Shown here: positions 39,020 through 50,622 of the stretch, piece after piece | How the letters are laid out: every line of letters begins with the position of its first letter | How positions within the stretch are numbered: the first letter of the stretch is position 1 | NCBI GenBank assembly: GCA_976551045.1 | Contig: CDPCPM010000026.1 | Coordinates: 21,638,001-21,702,000, forward strand | Direction: 5' to 3' | DNA length: 64,000 nucleotides | Source of the DNA: Glaucostegus cemiculus | Taxonomy: Eukaryota | Program-made: the position numbers and the translations under genes | The notes under the pieces: generated by a model | Database searches by the model: none | What the model was told of the DNA's origin: nothing | What the model saw: only the letters and a program-made list of their open reading frames with translations

Positions 39020-39340
39020 GGGGAGGGAGGCATTTGTTGAGGTTTAGGGCAGAAATCTCAAGACCCTGTCCAAGACCCTTGGCCCTATCAAGGCAGCTGA
39101 AGAAATTGTCACTGAGAATAGAGGAATTAAAATCAGGGATTGTCAAGAGGCCAGAATTAGGGGAGCACAAACAACTCAGAGGTACATTGTGCTGGGCAAG
39201 ATCACAGAGATAAAGAGAGAAATCAGGGAGGAGTTTGAAAACAAATGAATGGGTCTTGTTGCATGTTCAGAGAAAGGGAAGCAACTTTTTGAATGACCTC
39301 ACATTTATGGAGGGTTGATTGTGGGAGGCAAGCCAGGAGG
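39020..39340 (-). mobile_element. L2 fragment
   Basis: GGCAGCTGAAG..AAATCAGGGA..AAGAGGCCAGAATTAG is the reverse of the L2 3' region. Confidence 0.6.
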
Positions 39341-40813
39341 CAATGTTCCTTTAAACCACAACCATGTTTTTTTTTAAGAATATAAACTTCCTTAGATTAA
39401 AGTGGAAGTGAAATATGCTGGGCTTGTTATATTTGGCTGTTCAGTGTAAAAGCACAACTAAAGCCTAGGACTTCCATTTGAAAGCCTCAATCCCTCTATG
39501 TTCAAGAAGATCATCAGTTGTCCTGTTCACTTGGCAAAAGGGTGCCAGTACTGGCAGCATGTCAACATAAACAAGCTTTGCTTTGCACACACTGATTAAA
39601 AAGACCAGGCGCTTTCAACACTAATGAGTTTATTAGCATAAACAGCTTCACAACCAGCAGGAAGCCAGCAAACGCCTAGTCTAAACAAAGTAGGAGTGAC
39701 AATTGAAGCCGCTCGTAAGTACAGTGAGAAAAGCAGGCTCATCAAAACTCAACTTTCTCCACAGACAAGCTTTTCACTTCTTCAAACTGGAAGGTACACA
39801 GAAATAGAGATTGAAGTTTACTGGTGCTGCTGCTCTGTCTGGCATTTGGTAATCACTACTTTTAATCTGGAAAAGTGACATTGTTCAATTGATCTGACAA
39901 TACGTTGATGCTTCGGCTTGGTGCTGCTCAGGGCTCACCCATCAGTCAATGCTGATATGTAATTAGGCCTTATAATATATACAAACAGTAGGTGACTACA
40001 AGGGGGCCCAGTGTCAGGAGATTGATTAATGCTGTTCAACACAAAGGCTTCCATTCACACTGTACCTTTTCCCAGTTCAACAATTAAAAAGCATGGCTCT
40101 TTTTACTGAGTGGTTGAAAGAATGCCAAGTAGAATTTTCACTGAAATTTACAGATGAATCATTCCCTTTACAGGAAAGGGAAGAGCATAAATGTAAAGAG
40201 CCAAGCACAAGGAATAAACCTGTTCCAGATATGGAACCCATTGAGGAGAAAGAGTGGGTACTGGAGGCTGCTAAGGAGATGGATGCCAAGGCCATTTGAC
40301 TGTGAGCTTTGGGTGCTTATGTGAAAAAAAATGAAAACTGGCCACTTAAAAAGAAGAGAAAATAGGAAAGAATACTGTGGAAAATAACAGTGCATTTAAT
40401 TTGAAGTAGCTGCCAGTTTTTAAATGAAGTGGGACTCAACTAATGTACACTTCAGAAGCTGGTATTAAAGAAATAATTAAAGTGCCTTTTAAGAAGCTAT
40501 TTCTGCTCAAATTGGTCAGATGAATTTTGCTAACATTACTGTCTTTTCAGTGGTGTGGTACAGATTTCTCTGGTCATTCAAATATGTATAATGGCCTTAT
40601 TAGGTTCCAAACAAATAGTTTGGAAGTGCAAAAAAGAGAGAAGGCAATCTGGCTCTTTCTGTGGTACTGCGTTTCTACAGAGTAGAAGGCATGTTCTTTC
40701 CAATTATGAATGTAGTTGTGGGAGAAGGGCAAGGACGGAGCAGTGAAAGCAGATTGCCTTCCCTTTCCTCTTTTTAATTTGTCTCTTCAGGTTCCATTAC
40801 TGATCTGTTGTCA

Positions 40814-40970
40814 NNNNNNNNNNNNNNNNNNNNNNNNNNNNNNNNNNNNNNNNNNNNNNNNNNNNNNNNNNNNNNNNNNNNNNNNNNNNNNNNNNNNNNN
40901 NNNNNNNNNNNNNNNNNNNNNNNNNNNNNNNNNNNNNNNNNNNNNNNNNNNNNNNNNNNNNNNNNNNNNN
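40814..40970. other. Assembly gap (157 N)
   Basis: Run of N. Confidence 1.
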
Positions 40971-41079
40971 TGAGCTTGTTTGCCTCTAATATATTCCCAT
41001 TCACATCCCTCATTCCTTTAATAGAGTGAAAACAGAGTACCAAAGTGTAGATGAATGGCTACAATTATATAAAGATAGA

Positions 41080-41900
41080 AAACAATGGAACACTTGGCGG
41101 ATCAGGATGCACCTATGGAGAAAAAGAGAAAAGCAAATATAACATTTCAGGCCAATGATCTCTCCTTAAATAGGGGAAAAAATAGAATCAACAGGTTTTA
41201 AACAAGTTCAGAGGCAGAGGTTCAAGGATGGGGTTTGGTAAAGAACAAAAACTAAATAAAAGGTTTCTGGTAGGTTAAATGATGAAAGGGATCAAGGTGC
41301 ACAGGAAAAGGGACTGAGTTGGAGAGGTAAATAAATAAAAGATTCATCCAGAGGGAGTTCAAACTCAAACAGAAGAACCTTTACCAATAGGGCTTGCCTC
41401 AAAAATAGCAGTCAAACGTTATGAACTGAAATAGTTGAATGCAATGGTGAATCCAGGAGGCTGTCAAATAGCTAATCAAAAGATGATATGCTATTCCTCA
41501 AGCTTACGGTCAGCTTTGGCAGGAGACTCAAATAAAGAGATCACAGTAACCAGAGAATTAATACGGCCAGTAACAAGATGCTCAGGGCTGAAAAGGGGTC
41601 CTTCATAAAATGGCCACCAATCTGCATTGGCTCTCCCAAACACAGAAGAAATTAAATCATGAGCAGTGATCACAGAAGCTCTTTCAGTTTGTTATACTGC
41701 TTCATCTGGAAGAAGAGTTTGGAACCTTTATGGAGGAGGCAAAAAGGGGTTTATTACATCTCTTGCACTACCATAGAAAGGTGCTGTGGCAGGGAGAGTC
41801 TATGGTAGTGGTGAAGGAGGAAAGAACTGGAATGTCCTTTAGAATGGCCAAAGTGTAGGGGAAGATTTAATTAATGAGAACTTCTTGCTGGAGGTGCCAA
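41080..41900 (-). mobile_element. Penelope-like element remnant: GIY-YIG endonuclease C-terminus plus terminal repeat
   Basis: Minus translation ..RKLEE*HIIF*LAI*QPPGFTIAFNYF resembles the recalled PLE end RKLEEQHLIFRLGTLQPxGLNIEFNNF; GGCCTGAAATGTTA terminal motif near 41138-41160. Confidence 0.7.
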
Positions 41901-42529
41901 GTCTTGCTGGAGTGGGGAAGGATGGCAGTAAAATTAAAGTAAACAGAGCACACACAGTTGAGGGTTCAGTCAATTACACTGGAGGCCACAGAGGAAGGAA
42001 TTCCAGAAGAGGTGTTAATAGAGAAACCATAGCAGCACCACAGACCAGCAAAGAAGCAAATCATACCAAGAAATTTATTGGTTAATCTCCAAGCAAGAAC
42101 AATACCACCTTAGCCCAATGTTACAGTTGTACCTGAGGTAACAAACTGTTTCCGAGAGGGCCAGAAGTTAGGTTAAGTGAGTAGGATTTTAACAATGAGG
42201 TGGCCAATTCCATATTGGCAGTTTCCTATGAAAACATCCGGAGAGGCCAGGAGTCCAGGCGGAATGAGAATTCCAAAGCACTGAGAAAGGGAAGGCTGCA
42301 TGGTGGGAGGATGCCAAGCCGAGACTGTGAGCAGGGAGGCAAAAGCAATGGAAGAAGAGTTCAGCTTTGTGCTGAGAACAAAATTGATTGAGATGGGTAT
42401 GGCATAAAGGGATGAATCTATGGCTTCACGTGCTTGAAGAAACAATAGCTCAACATTTAGTTGGGCACTTGGGAGCATTCCAAAAGCAATCATTTTGGAC
42501 CATGACCACTGCTTCCATTTTCTCAGACA

Positions 42530-42870
42530 GCCAGCGCTGGCAATGATTCCACTTTTGCTGTCTTCACCTTTTCTTGATCCATCTTCCATTTCTTTACTTA
42601 TCTCAATGCTTCTTTTCACCCTGCACCATCATCACTTTTGACGTTTAATTTCTCCTCCTTCCACTCTGTTGCATCTTCTTGCCTTTCCTTGCACTGCACC
42701 ATCCAATATCCCTCTCCACGACAACCTTTACTTAATTAAAATCTGTTACAACTTAGATTTTTCCAGTTCTGACAAAAGATCACCAGCATAAAACATTAAC
42801 TCTGCTTCTCTTACCGTAGATGCTGCTAAGTTTTTCCAACATTTTTTGCTCTTCATTTTGAAAGCTGCAA
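42530..42870 (+). mobile_element. Penelope-like terminal repeat, inverted relative to 41080-41400
   Basis: TTCCAGTTCTGACAAAAGATCACC..AAACATTAACTCTG..AGATGCTGC..TTTCCAACATTTT. Confidence 0.6.
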
Positions 42871-44769
42871 GGCACAATCTTCCCACTTTGAATATTTTTC
42901 TTCTGCCACTAAACACAACTCCCTGATATGACTGCCTAAAAATTGGATCGTATAGTGCCAGACTTGGCAAGTTACGTGATTCAATTTCAATGGAATATCA
43001 AATATAATTGAAATATGGGACTTTCTGTTAATTGCAGTACATCCAAAGGTTTTATTTTGCCTCATACAACAGCACACAAGAAACCCCAGGTATGTATAGT
43101 AACATACAACACAGTCCAGATGCTATTATCATAATTTGCCATCAGCAGACCATTCATACAGAAGCAGGCTTTCACAGCACCCATAGTCTACTTCAGTGTG
43201 ACATCAAGGGCAACTTCCTGTGCAACTCAGGATTAAACTTTACTCATGTTCCAAACTATCCTTGGTTTTCCTCAAGTTCTGTGGGATCATATCAAAAACC
43301 TTTAACATTTCTCCATCTTTCAGATGCTGGTGCAAATCCTGAATTTGTGCCTTTGATTTCAAATTTATTAATACTTTTCACAATTTCTTTTCTACATACT
43401 GATGGCTTCATGACTCATCTCAATGTTCCTTAAAAGAATGCTTTTTTTTCCAAATATTCTGTGCCCCTAAGTTGCAACTCCTCAAAATTACCAAATGTAT
43501 CAGCTTTTCCAAGTTAGTGTGGATCAAAGGTTTGTGTTTGTGTCATTAGTCGCAATTTGATTTGAGTAATCTGGACACACACACACGCACACACACCATG
43601 TACCAAGTGGGTGTTGCTTGAAGTTCAGTCCTTGATTTAGCTCCTTTAATTCCTGTGTCCCAAACGACATTCATTTACTGAATGTTTTAATCTTGCTTAA
43701 GCAATGATAGCATCTGTGCTTTAACCTAACACAAACAGCCAACATTTGGGACTTGAATACAGGAACCTAGCTGATACAGGAACCAGGACAAGCAATACTG
43801 AAGGCTTGAAATAGTTTCACTACAATTGTGAAAGAAAAATGTGAAGATTTTCTTGGTTTAATTTAGCAGTGACTGTGCACTACCGCACTTGGACTCTGTC
43901 ACAGCCCATTGTTACATTGCTGAAGTACCTCCCAGTCACACTAATGGGGTGCTGTTTTCATGGATAGGTATTTCACAGAATACCCTTTGTTTAGGTGGGA
44001 AGAAGGGCCACAGCAGGCGTGCTTCCATTTTAACAGAATATGATGATTAAAGAGTTCTACTCTGTTATATTTTTGTGCAATTCATGGCATTATTACAAAT
44101 ACAAGTGGGGAAACATCTGCCATCATTCATAAATATGGTGCATTGTAATGTATCTTGCTAAAGCATCTTAATATGTTAGCATAAGTTAATTATAGTAAAA
44201 TTCATATTTAATGTAATTAATTTTAACTTTATTATGTTACTTATATGCCATTCCATAGTCCAGTTCTTTATAAAATTTTATACCACTTTAGTTCAGCCAT
44301 ATAGAACTTTATACAATTCAATCTCAGGACCTAACCATTATAAATCCGAACAAAGAGTACAGATTTAAGAATGATTCAGAGATGTTACATCTCAGGGTTT
44401 AGCTGGTGTCAAGAATTCTTCATTTGTCACTTAAGATATTAAATTAACATGGGAGTGCATTATTGCCCTTTTAATACCCACCGACCTATCAGTTACACTA
44501 CACGCAATACATTATAGTCACGTTACTGAGGTGTAAATTCAAGAAGTTGTTTACACTAAACACACAAAATTAGAGTGTTGTACTCGCCTTCAGAAATTCT
44601 GTTCCACTCAAGCCGACAGAACTGAATTTCAAAAACACTGTGCACAGCACAGCCACTACTATGTTACCCTTTTTTGCACAAGCAACCAATGATGAATTTT
44701 TGTCCCACTGAGTAATAACCTATATATTAATAATCCACCTCAGTACATTTTCTGCTGTTAGATTAGATA

Positions 44770-44935
44770 ACATTCTGCTGGGTCTTGGTCCACCAACACA
44801 TGGAATTTAAAATCCCTGTCCTGCATTCGTAACCCTCTGTGGCCTCATCCCTCCTTCTCCAACCCTACAAAGTTCTTAGAACCATGTTACTCCAGCTCTG
44901 GCCTATTGTATGACCCTTGACTTTCTTCCTTCCAG
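44770..44935 (+). mobile_element. L2 fragment
   Basis: AATTTAAAATCC..CCCTCTGTGGCCTCATCCCTCC..CCCTACAA..CTCTGGCCT. Confidence 0.5.
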
Positions 44936-45799
44936 AAAGTGGGAGAAATGGGGAGGAGTTTTGCAAAGAATTTTTCTACATATCTCCCTCTGTCATATGA
45001 TCGCAGTAGCCTTTAAACCGCGTAATTTAAATTATGTTATAATATTATAACGTTTGTGAGAGATATAGCAGACAACATTTAAAAATAAAAAGCTGAAAGA
45101 AAATTTCATTGCTATCAGCAGTGAAATAGTTAAGTCACATTACAAACTTACTGGAACCTCCACCAGGGAAACACTCAGACTCTGTCTAGTCGCAATGAGC
45201 AGCTGATGAACTAAAGCAATTTAATTTTCATTGATCAGAAATGTAGATCACTGGGTTGTAATGATGGGAAATTCCATTAAAAAGCCACATACACTCCTTG
45301 TATGCAAGTATTTTGAATTCTTAATGCAGTTCTGAAATGTGTGAAAGTAGTTTCAAAGCAGTGGCCTCTTTAATGAAAAATCAACATTGTGGATAATAAA
45401 AAAGTTAAATCAAAGTGTTATAAATCATTGTTTTTATCTACTTACCCCACCCTATCCCTGTGCCCAATCCCAACATTTTCCAGTGTTTCTATTTATTTTA
45501 TTCTATTCATGCTATTACAGAAGCTCCATTCATCTGCAAAAATATGTTATCATTTAACATTCTAAAATATTTACATAGCATCTGACCAATCAGAGGTCTT
45601 CCTCTTGATGGTTGGGAGATGCACAGAATGTAGACACTGAGCTGCAGCATGGTATGTGTCCTGGCCAATCAGGAAGAACTATGCACTTGGCTCCCAGCCA
45701 CCACTTCATCATTGGGTAATGACCGAGCTCGACTGTCACTTCATCCTTTGTGACCAGTTCCCTTGCCAGTAAGCAGCAACATAAAATTATTCACTTGTT

Positions 45800-45918
45800 T
45801 TAGTTTAACATTTTTCTAATTTTGGTGAAAGATCATTGACTTGATACGTTAATGATTTCCCTCTCCACAGATGTTGCCTAACCTGCCAAGAATTTCCTGC
45901 ACATTCTGCTTTATTTTG
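45800..45918 (+). mobile_element. Penelope-like tail stub
   Basis: GGTGAAAGATCATTGACTTGATACGTTAA..CTCCACAGATGTTGCCTAACCTGC. Confidence 0.6.
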
Positions 45919-46409
45919 GACATATGCAATCTGACTCTGGGGTGAGTTAGCCTTGAGGAGCACTATTTCAGATTAAATATGGACATTACCAAGAAAATAT
46001 GACTGAAAAATGCAGTAATGTACTCGAACTGACAAGAGTTACAGAGTATTTGCTGGTAACTTCATAACCAAATCAGTTCAAGACTGAACTCATCTAGAAA
46101 AATATTTACTTTCTCAACATTTCTCCTTTGGTTCACAATGATGGGTCTACCATGATACAGAAATAGTGTTCCAGAACAGGCATCGAGATGCTCAAGTCAA
46201 AGGTAGCGAGATCAGTTATGAAATAAAAGCCCACAGTGATCATTTTGGACTAAAGGGGAGTGGCTGACTACAGAACTTATGTCATTAGCTCACTGAATGT
46301 CAGTGCAGATTGTAGGGACTGAATGGCCTACTCCTGCTCCTATCTCTTATGTTCTCATAAATCCATGCTGCCTGGGAGCTGACGCGGTCACCATCAGATT
46401 ACAACAAGA

Positions 46410-46518
46410 ACCTCAAATAAAAACCAAAGATCTTGGACACAGTCAGCAGGCCAGGCAGCATCTACAGAAGGAGAAACAGAATTGACATCTCAGGTCAAAG
46501 ACCCTTCATCAAAACTCC
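46410..46518 (-). mobile_element. Penelope-like tail stub
   Basis: Minus strand TTGATGAAGGGTCTTTGACCTGAGATGTC..AGATGCTGCCTGGCCTGCTGA. Confidence 0.65.
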
Positions 46519-46727
46519 AACTAAAAATCTCAGAATACAATATCTCAGAATCAGATGTTCCATGGATAGAAGATTGACTCCAAATAACTCAGGCTTATAT
46601 ATTACTGAATGAGTGCCATTTTGACAAATCTACAGTCCTTGGGATAAGATGTTAGCAAAAAACCTGACCTGTCCATTTGAGCAAACATTAAAGTCAACCA
46701 TATTACTACAGTGAAGAAAGACATGTG

Positions 46728-46990
46728 AGCATCCTAAAGCACGTTACAGCTAATTAACTTCTTTCAGTATTATAATATGTTATAAGGTAGAATGCACAGC
46801 AGCCTGGTTCCAAACAGTGAGATCCCACAACCAGCAATCTAATAACGCCAGGTAATCTTTTACTTTGTTGTTGTTGTTTGTGTGTTGCAGGTTAAGTATT
46901 AGCAAGGACATTTCTGACAATGTAGCACTTCCTCAGCACTGCAATGAAAAGTCAGCATAGATTTTATGCTCATTCACCAAATTGGACTTC
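46728..46990 (-). mobile_element. DeuSINE-like copy, internally deleted
   Basis: CATCCTAAAGCACGTTACAGC..GATCCCACAACCAGCAAT..TGTAGCACTTCCTCAGCACTGCA. Confidence 0.6.
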
Positions 46991-47024
46991 GCACAACCTG
47001 ATTTTATTTCTACATTTCAATTAT

Positions 47025-47195
47025 TGTCTCCAAAACCCTAATCCACTCCAACATCACTTCAAAACTCTACTTCCTTAAAGCACTCCTAACCCATCTTTGT
47101 CCTTCACAATTTGCAACTCACTTACAATGGTTTATAGTGCTTTGGGGCACTTTCAGTACATAATGAGTGTTATAGAAATGTCTTCTGTTATTTTC
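47025..47195 (+). mobile_element. L2 3' tail
   Basis: CCTTAAAGCACTCC..GTGCTTTGGGGCAC..GTGTTATAGAAATG. Confidence 0.45.
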
Positions 47196-49054
47196 CCATT
47201 GTGTTATGTAGGATTAAAGATAAAAAAAACATTAGTCAATGACTTTATGATTTGTTGAAGAGAATGGTCATTTAAAACACTTCACTTACTTGAATGTGTA
47301 GTAAATTGCCAGATTTTGACAAATGTTCTTTTTCAACTTTAGCAAGAAAAGGTTAGAAAATATTTAGTGCTTCAAATGTGCCTGCATTTTAGTGAATAAT
47401 CCTGCACTTTACAGAATTTGAAGCATCCAAAGCACGCCTCAACAAATCTGCATATTTATCTTCATATACCACTTTTATAATGTAATCAAAACTGCTCACA
47501 GCTCTGCAAAGTGCTGCAGTAAAAAGCTGTTATCTTCCCTTAGTGAGTCTGTAAAAACAAATTGCTTAGTGACAATTTGAAACCATTCCAGAGAATTATG
47601 CAATCACTGCTAAGACTGCAGAGGTATGAGAGGACCAATGTTGAGAAAGTGGCCCTACCTCACTATTGAAAAGCACCAGCTCCAGTACCTTGCTTTAATG
47701 TTCATGAACCTTGGGGCAAAGAATTCTTTCTTGAAAACAAATAACCCAAGATTGTTTGTTACATCTAATTAAACAATGCAAAAAGTGAAAATTTTCAACG
47801 AACTGAATCTCAGTTCTAAGTATTATGGTCTGGTCGATGTAAAATATGTACCATCCCCCACCACCCCTCTTTTCTCTTTACCTCAACACCCTCACCCTAC
47901 ACATAAAAGCCAAACTGACTGCACGCTTCATTGAAAAAACCCTGCAAAAGTGATTAGAGAGAGGCATGATCTCATCAAGTTTGGAAGATAATGTGAAGAT
48001 GAATACTGTGTTTACTGCTGTGTTAAGTCACTAGAAAGAAAGGGTGGTGAATGAGAGAGAAAGAAGCTAAAGCTACTCCTTTGTTTCTCGAGCTGCAGGT
48101 TCTCCCAGGCTTTGTTTTACCACAATGAGCTCCTGAAAACTAATTTTACACAACCTTTTGAAGGAAAAGGTTACTTAATCTTCTTGATCATAGATGCAAA
48201 GCCATAAGGGTGGAGGGCTCTGCCATCTTCACAATCCACTGTGACCTTTGCACTAAAAATTCAAGCAGGGTTGATTTTCTGTGGTGCATGATTCACTAAC
48301 AAGAGCAACTAAAATTCTAGCTGTTACATGATATTAATGAGTTTGAAAATACTTCAACTGAAAACCAATTAAAGAGACGGGCAGATTTCCTACTGTCTGA
48401 CCTACTTAGGTTGCACTTGTCATCCGTCAGAACCAAAACTAACATTGTGCTCTTACTAAAAGATGTTTTCTATGCCCCATTGTCTAATAAATGCCTCCAA
48501 TTTCAACCATGGCAAAAGCTTTCACTGTCATGATTTTTGGGTTAAACAGAAAGCACAGTTTTATAGTTTTTCTGATTCATAACCTTGGAATCACCCAAAA
48601 TTCAAACAGCAATTTCAAGAAATAAATGATGTGTGAAGAGAAATAAAAGCAGACAGTATAGTCAGGGACAACAAAAGCCATTCAGCTCCTTCAGCCAAAG
48701 TTCAACACCCTGGTTGTCCTGAATCAGACACACCGGCTTGGATATTCATGGTAAAGGAAATCGTTTTATTCATTGCTTTAGAGCAGCAGTTATGACATTC
48801 CTGGTGATTTGACAGTGCTACAAGTGCTGACCCTACACTTTCCCCAGGTGCAAACCCCAGGCCCAAACCTACACACAGGCTATCTGAATCCTGCGGCACA
48901 ATGTTGGTGCCTGTAAAGACAGCACAACACCAGCACCCACCTTAAACCATTTCAGTTGAGATTTCAAGTCTCACTTCAGCAATTAAGCATGGCTGGCCCC
49001 TGTGCATTATAAACAATACTGAAGGCTGCAAGATGGGGGCAGGGCAAGTGGAAG

Positions 49055-49305
49055 AGAGGCTGACTTTCAGGTGGAATGTTATACTAAAGGCTGTTAGGCA
49101 AGATCTAATAGTGATATTTAAGGAAAAGAAAGGAGTTATTATGGTGCTCTAGTCAACACAACCCTCCATTAACAGTAACCAAAATGGACTAACTGGTCCG
49201 TCACCTCAGTGTTACTTATTGCAATGTTCAGTTGTCACAAACAAATGTACATTGACTGTAAAAACATCCTAAAAGCAGAAGAGATGCTGGATAAATGTAG
49301 CTTTT
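49055..49305 (+). mobile_element. DeuSINE-like decayed copy
   Basis: GGAGTTATTATGGTGCTCTAGTCAACA..ACCAAAATGGACTAACTGGTC..GATGCTGGATAAATG. Confidence 0.45.
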
Positions 49306-49317
49306 TCAGATTTTACA

Positions 49318-49628
49318 GGGGCAGCATGGTAGTGTAGCAGTTAGCATAACGCTATTACAGTACCAGCGACCCGGGTTCAATTCTCGCCGCTGTCTGCAGG
49401 GAGTATGTACGTTCTCCCCGTGTGTCTGCATGGGTTTCCTCCAGGTGCTCTGGTTTCCTCTCACATTCCAAAGACATACAGGTTAGGAGCTGTGGGCAGG
49501 CTACGTTGGCGCTGGAAGTGTGGCGACACTTGTGGGCTGCCCCCAGCATATTCTCAGTAACGCAAAAAGACACATTTCACTGTGTGCTTTGATGTACAAG
49601 TGACTATTAAATAAATATCTTATATCTT
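49318..49628 (+). mobile_element. V-SINE with Rex1-type tail (most complete copy)
   Basis: GGGGCAGCATGGTAGTGTAGCAGTTAG head, GGTTCAATTC B box, V-domain, and tail TTTCACTGTGTGCTTTGATGTACAAGTGACTATTAAA. Confidence 0.9.
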
Positions 49629-50224
49629 TTTGCTTTGCAAGGTTCAGCAGACCAGAACTGTTCAATCTAAGACTTTTGGGGCTGAATGAAAGAGATGAAC
49701 ATTTCAAGAAACAAAATCACTGTTGTCTTGCAAGGTACTCAGTTCCTTTCACAGAAGGACTTAAGCCATCTTTTACCTGTGTGAACTCCACAGAGATGTT
49801 GCAAGGACTTAGTATAAAAGTCCCAGAATAGACCAGAAACATACCCCCATCCCCAAAGCCTCCACTGCCCATGCCTCCATGGTAATGATGTCATGGACAG
49901 GGTAAAGTGCTCACTTCCTATCTCAATAGAATTTACCAACAGGTTAACTTGGAATGAAATCACAGTGTATTAGGATTCTTCCAGAAATTTCTACTTTTGC
50001 ATGATAAAGATCAGATTTTTCATCCTCTTTCATCCTAGGAGTTTTGATACCATGGTCTCTATTGGTTTATATTCCTCCTTCTAGTTCGATAATTAATAAA
50101 ATTATACTGAGTACCTCTATGCAAAATGGCATGCCATAAACTGCGGAATGAAGATGCTGACATGGATAAATGTCACCCTTTCATTAGAATGTACCAGTTC
50201 TCAAGGCATCATTCCTTGAACTTG

Positions 50225-50515
50225 CCGTTCAGGTACCACTCAAAAGATCATGAGTTCACGTTCCACATTAGAGATCTAGGCACAATCATCCAAATTGACA
50301 CTCCAGTGTGGTAGTGAGAAAGTACTCCATGGTTGGTGGTCTTTTACATGCATAAGATGTTGAAGTGATGCTGCCTGTACACTCAGTAACAATTTTTTTG
50401 ACATTATTTCAAGTATAGTGTTCTTGTCTACAGTAATAAAATTGATTATCCGGACATTATCATATTTCTCTTTGTGGAAGCTGGCTGTTTGTAATTTGTC
50501 ATTTGCTATCTTCCC
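50225..50515 (+). mobile_element. DeuSINE-like copy
   Basis: TGACACTCCAGTGTGGTAGTGAG..GATTATCCGGACATTATCATATT..TTTGTGGAAGCTGGCTG. Confidence 0.65.
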
Positions 50516-50524
50516 TCTACACTC

Positions 50525-50622
50525 TTGCCTTGATGCAGGGTCTCAACTTGAAATGTCTACCATCTTTAACCTCCACAGATGCTGCTTGAGCAGTTGAGTT
50601 CTTCCAGCAGTTTGCTTTTGCT
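50525..50622 (+). mobile_element. Penelope-like tail stub
   Basis: TTGATGCAGGGTCTCAACTTGAAATGTC..CCTCCACAGATGCTGCTTGA..GAGTTCTTCCAGCAG. Confidence 0.65.

Noticed and set aside
40716-41043. ORFs spanning the N run
   Set aside because: Gap artefacts.
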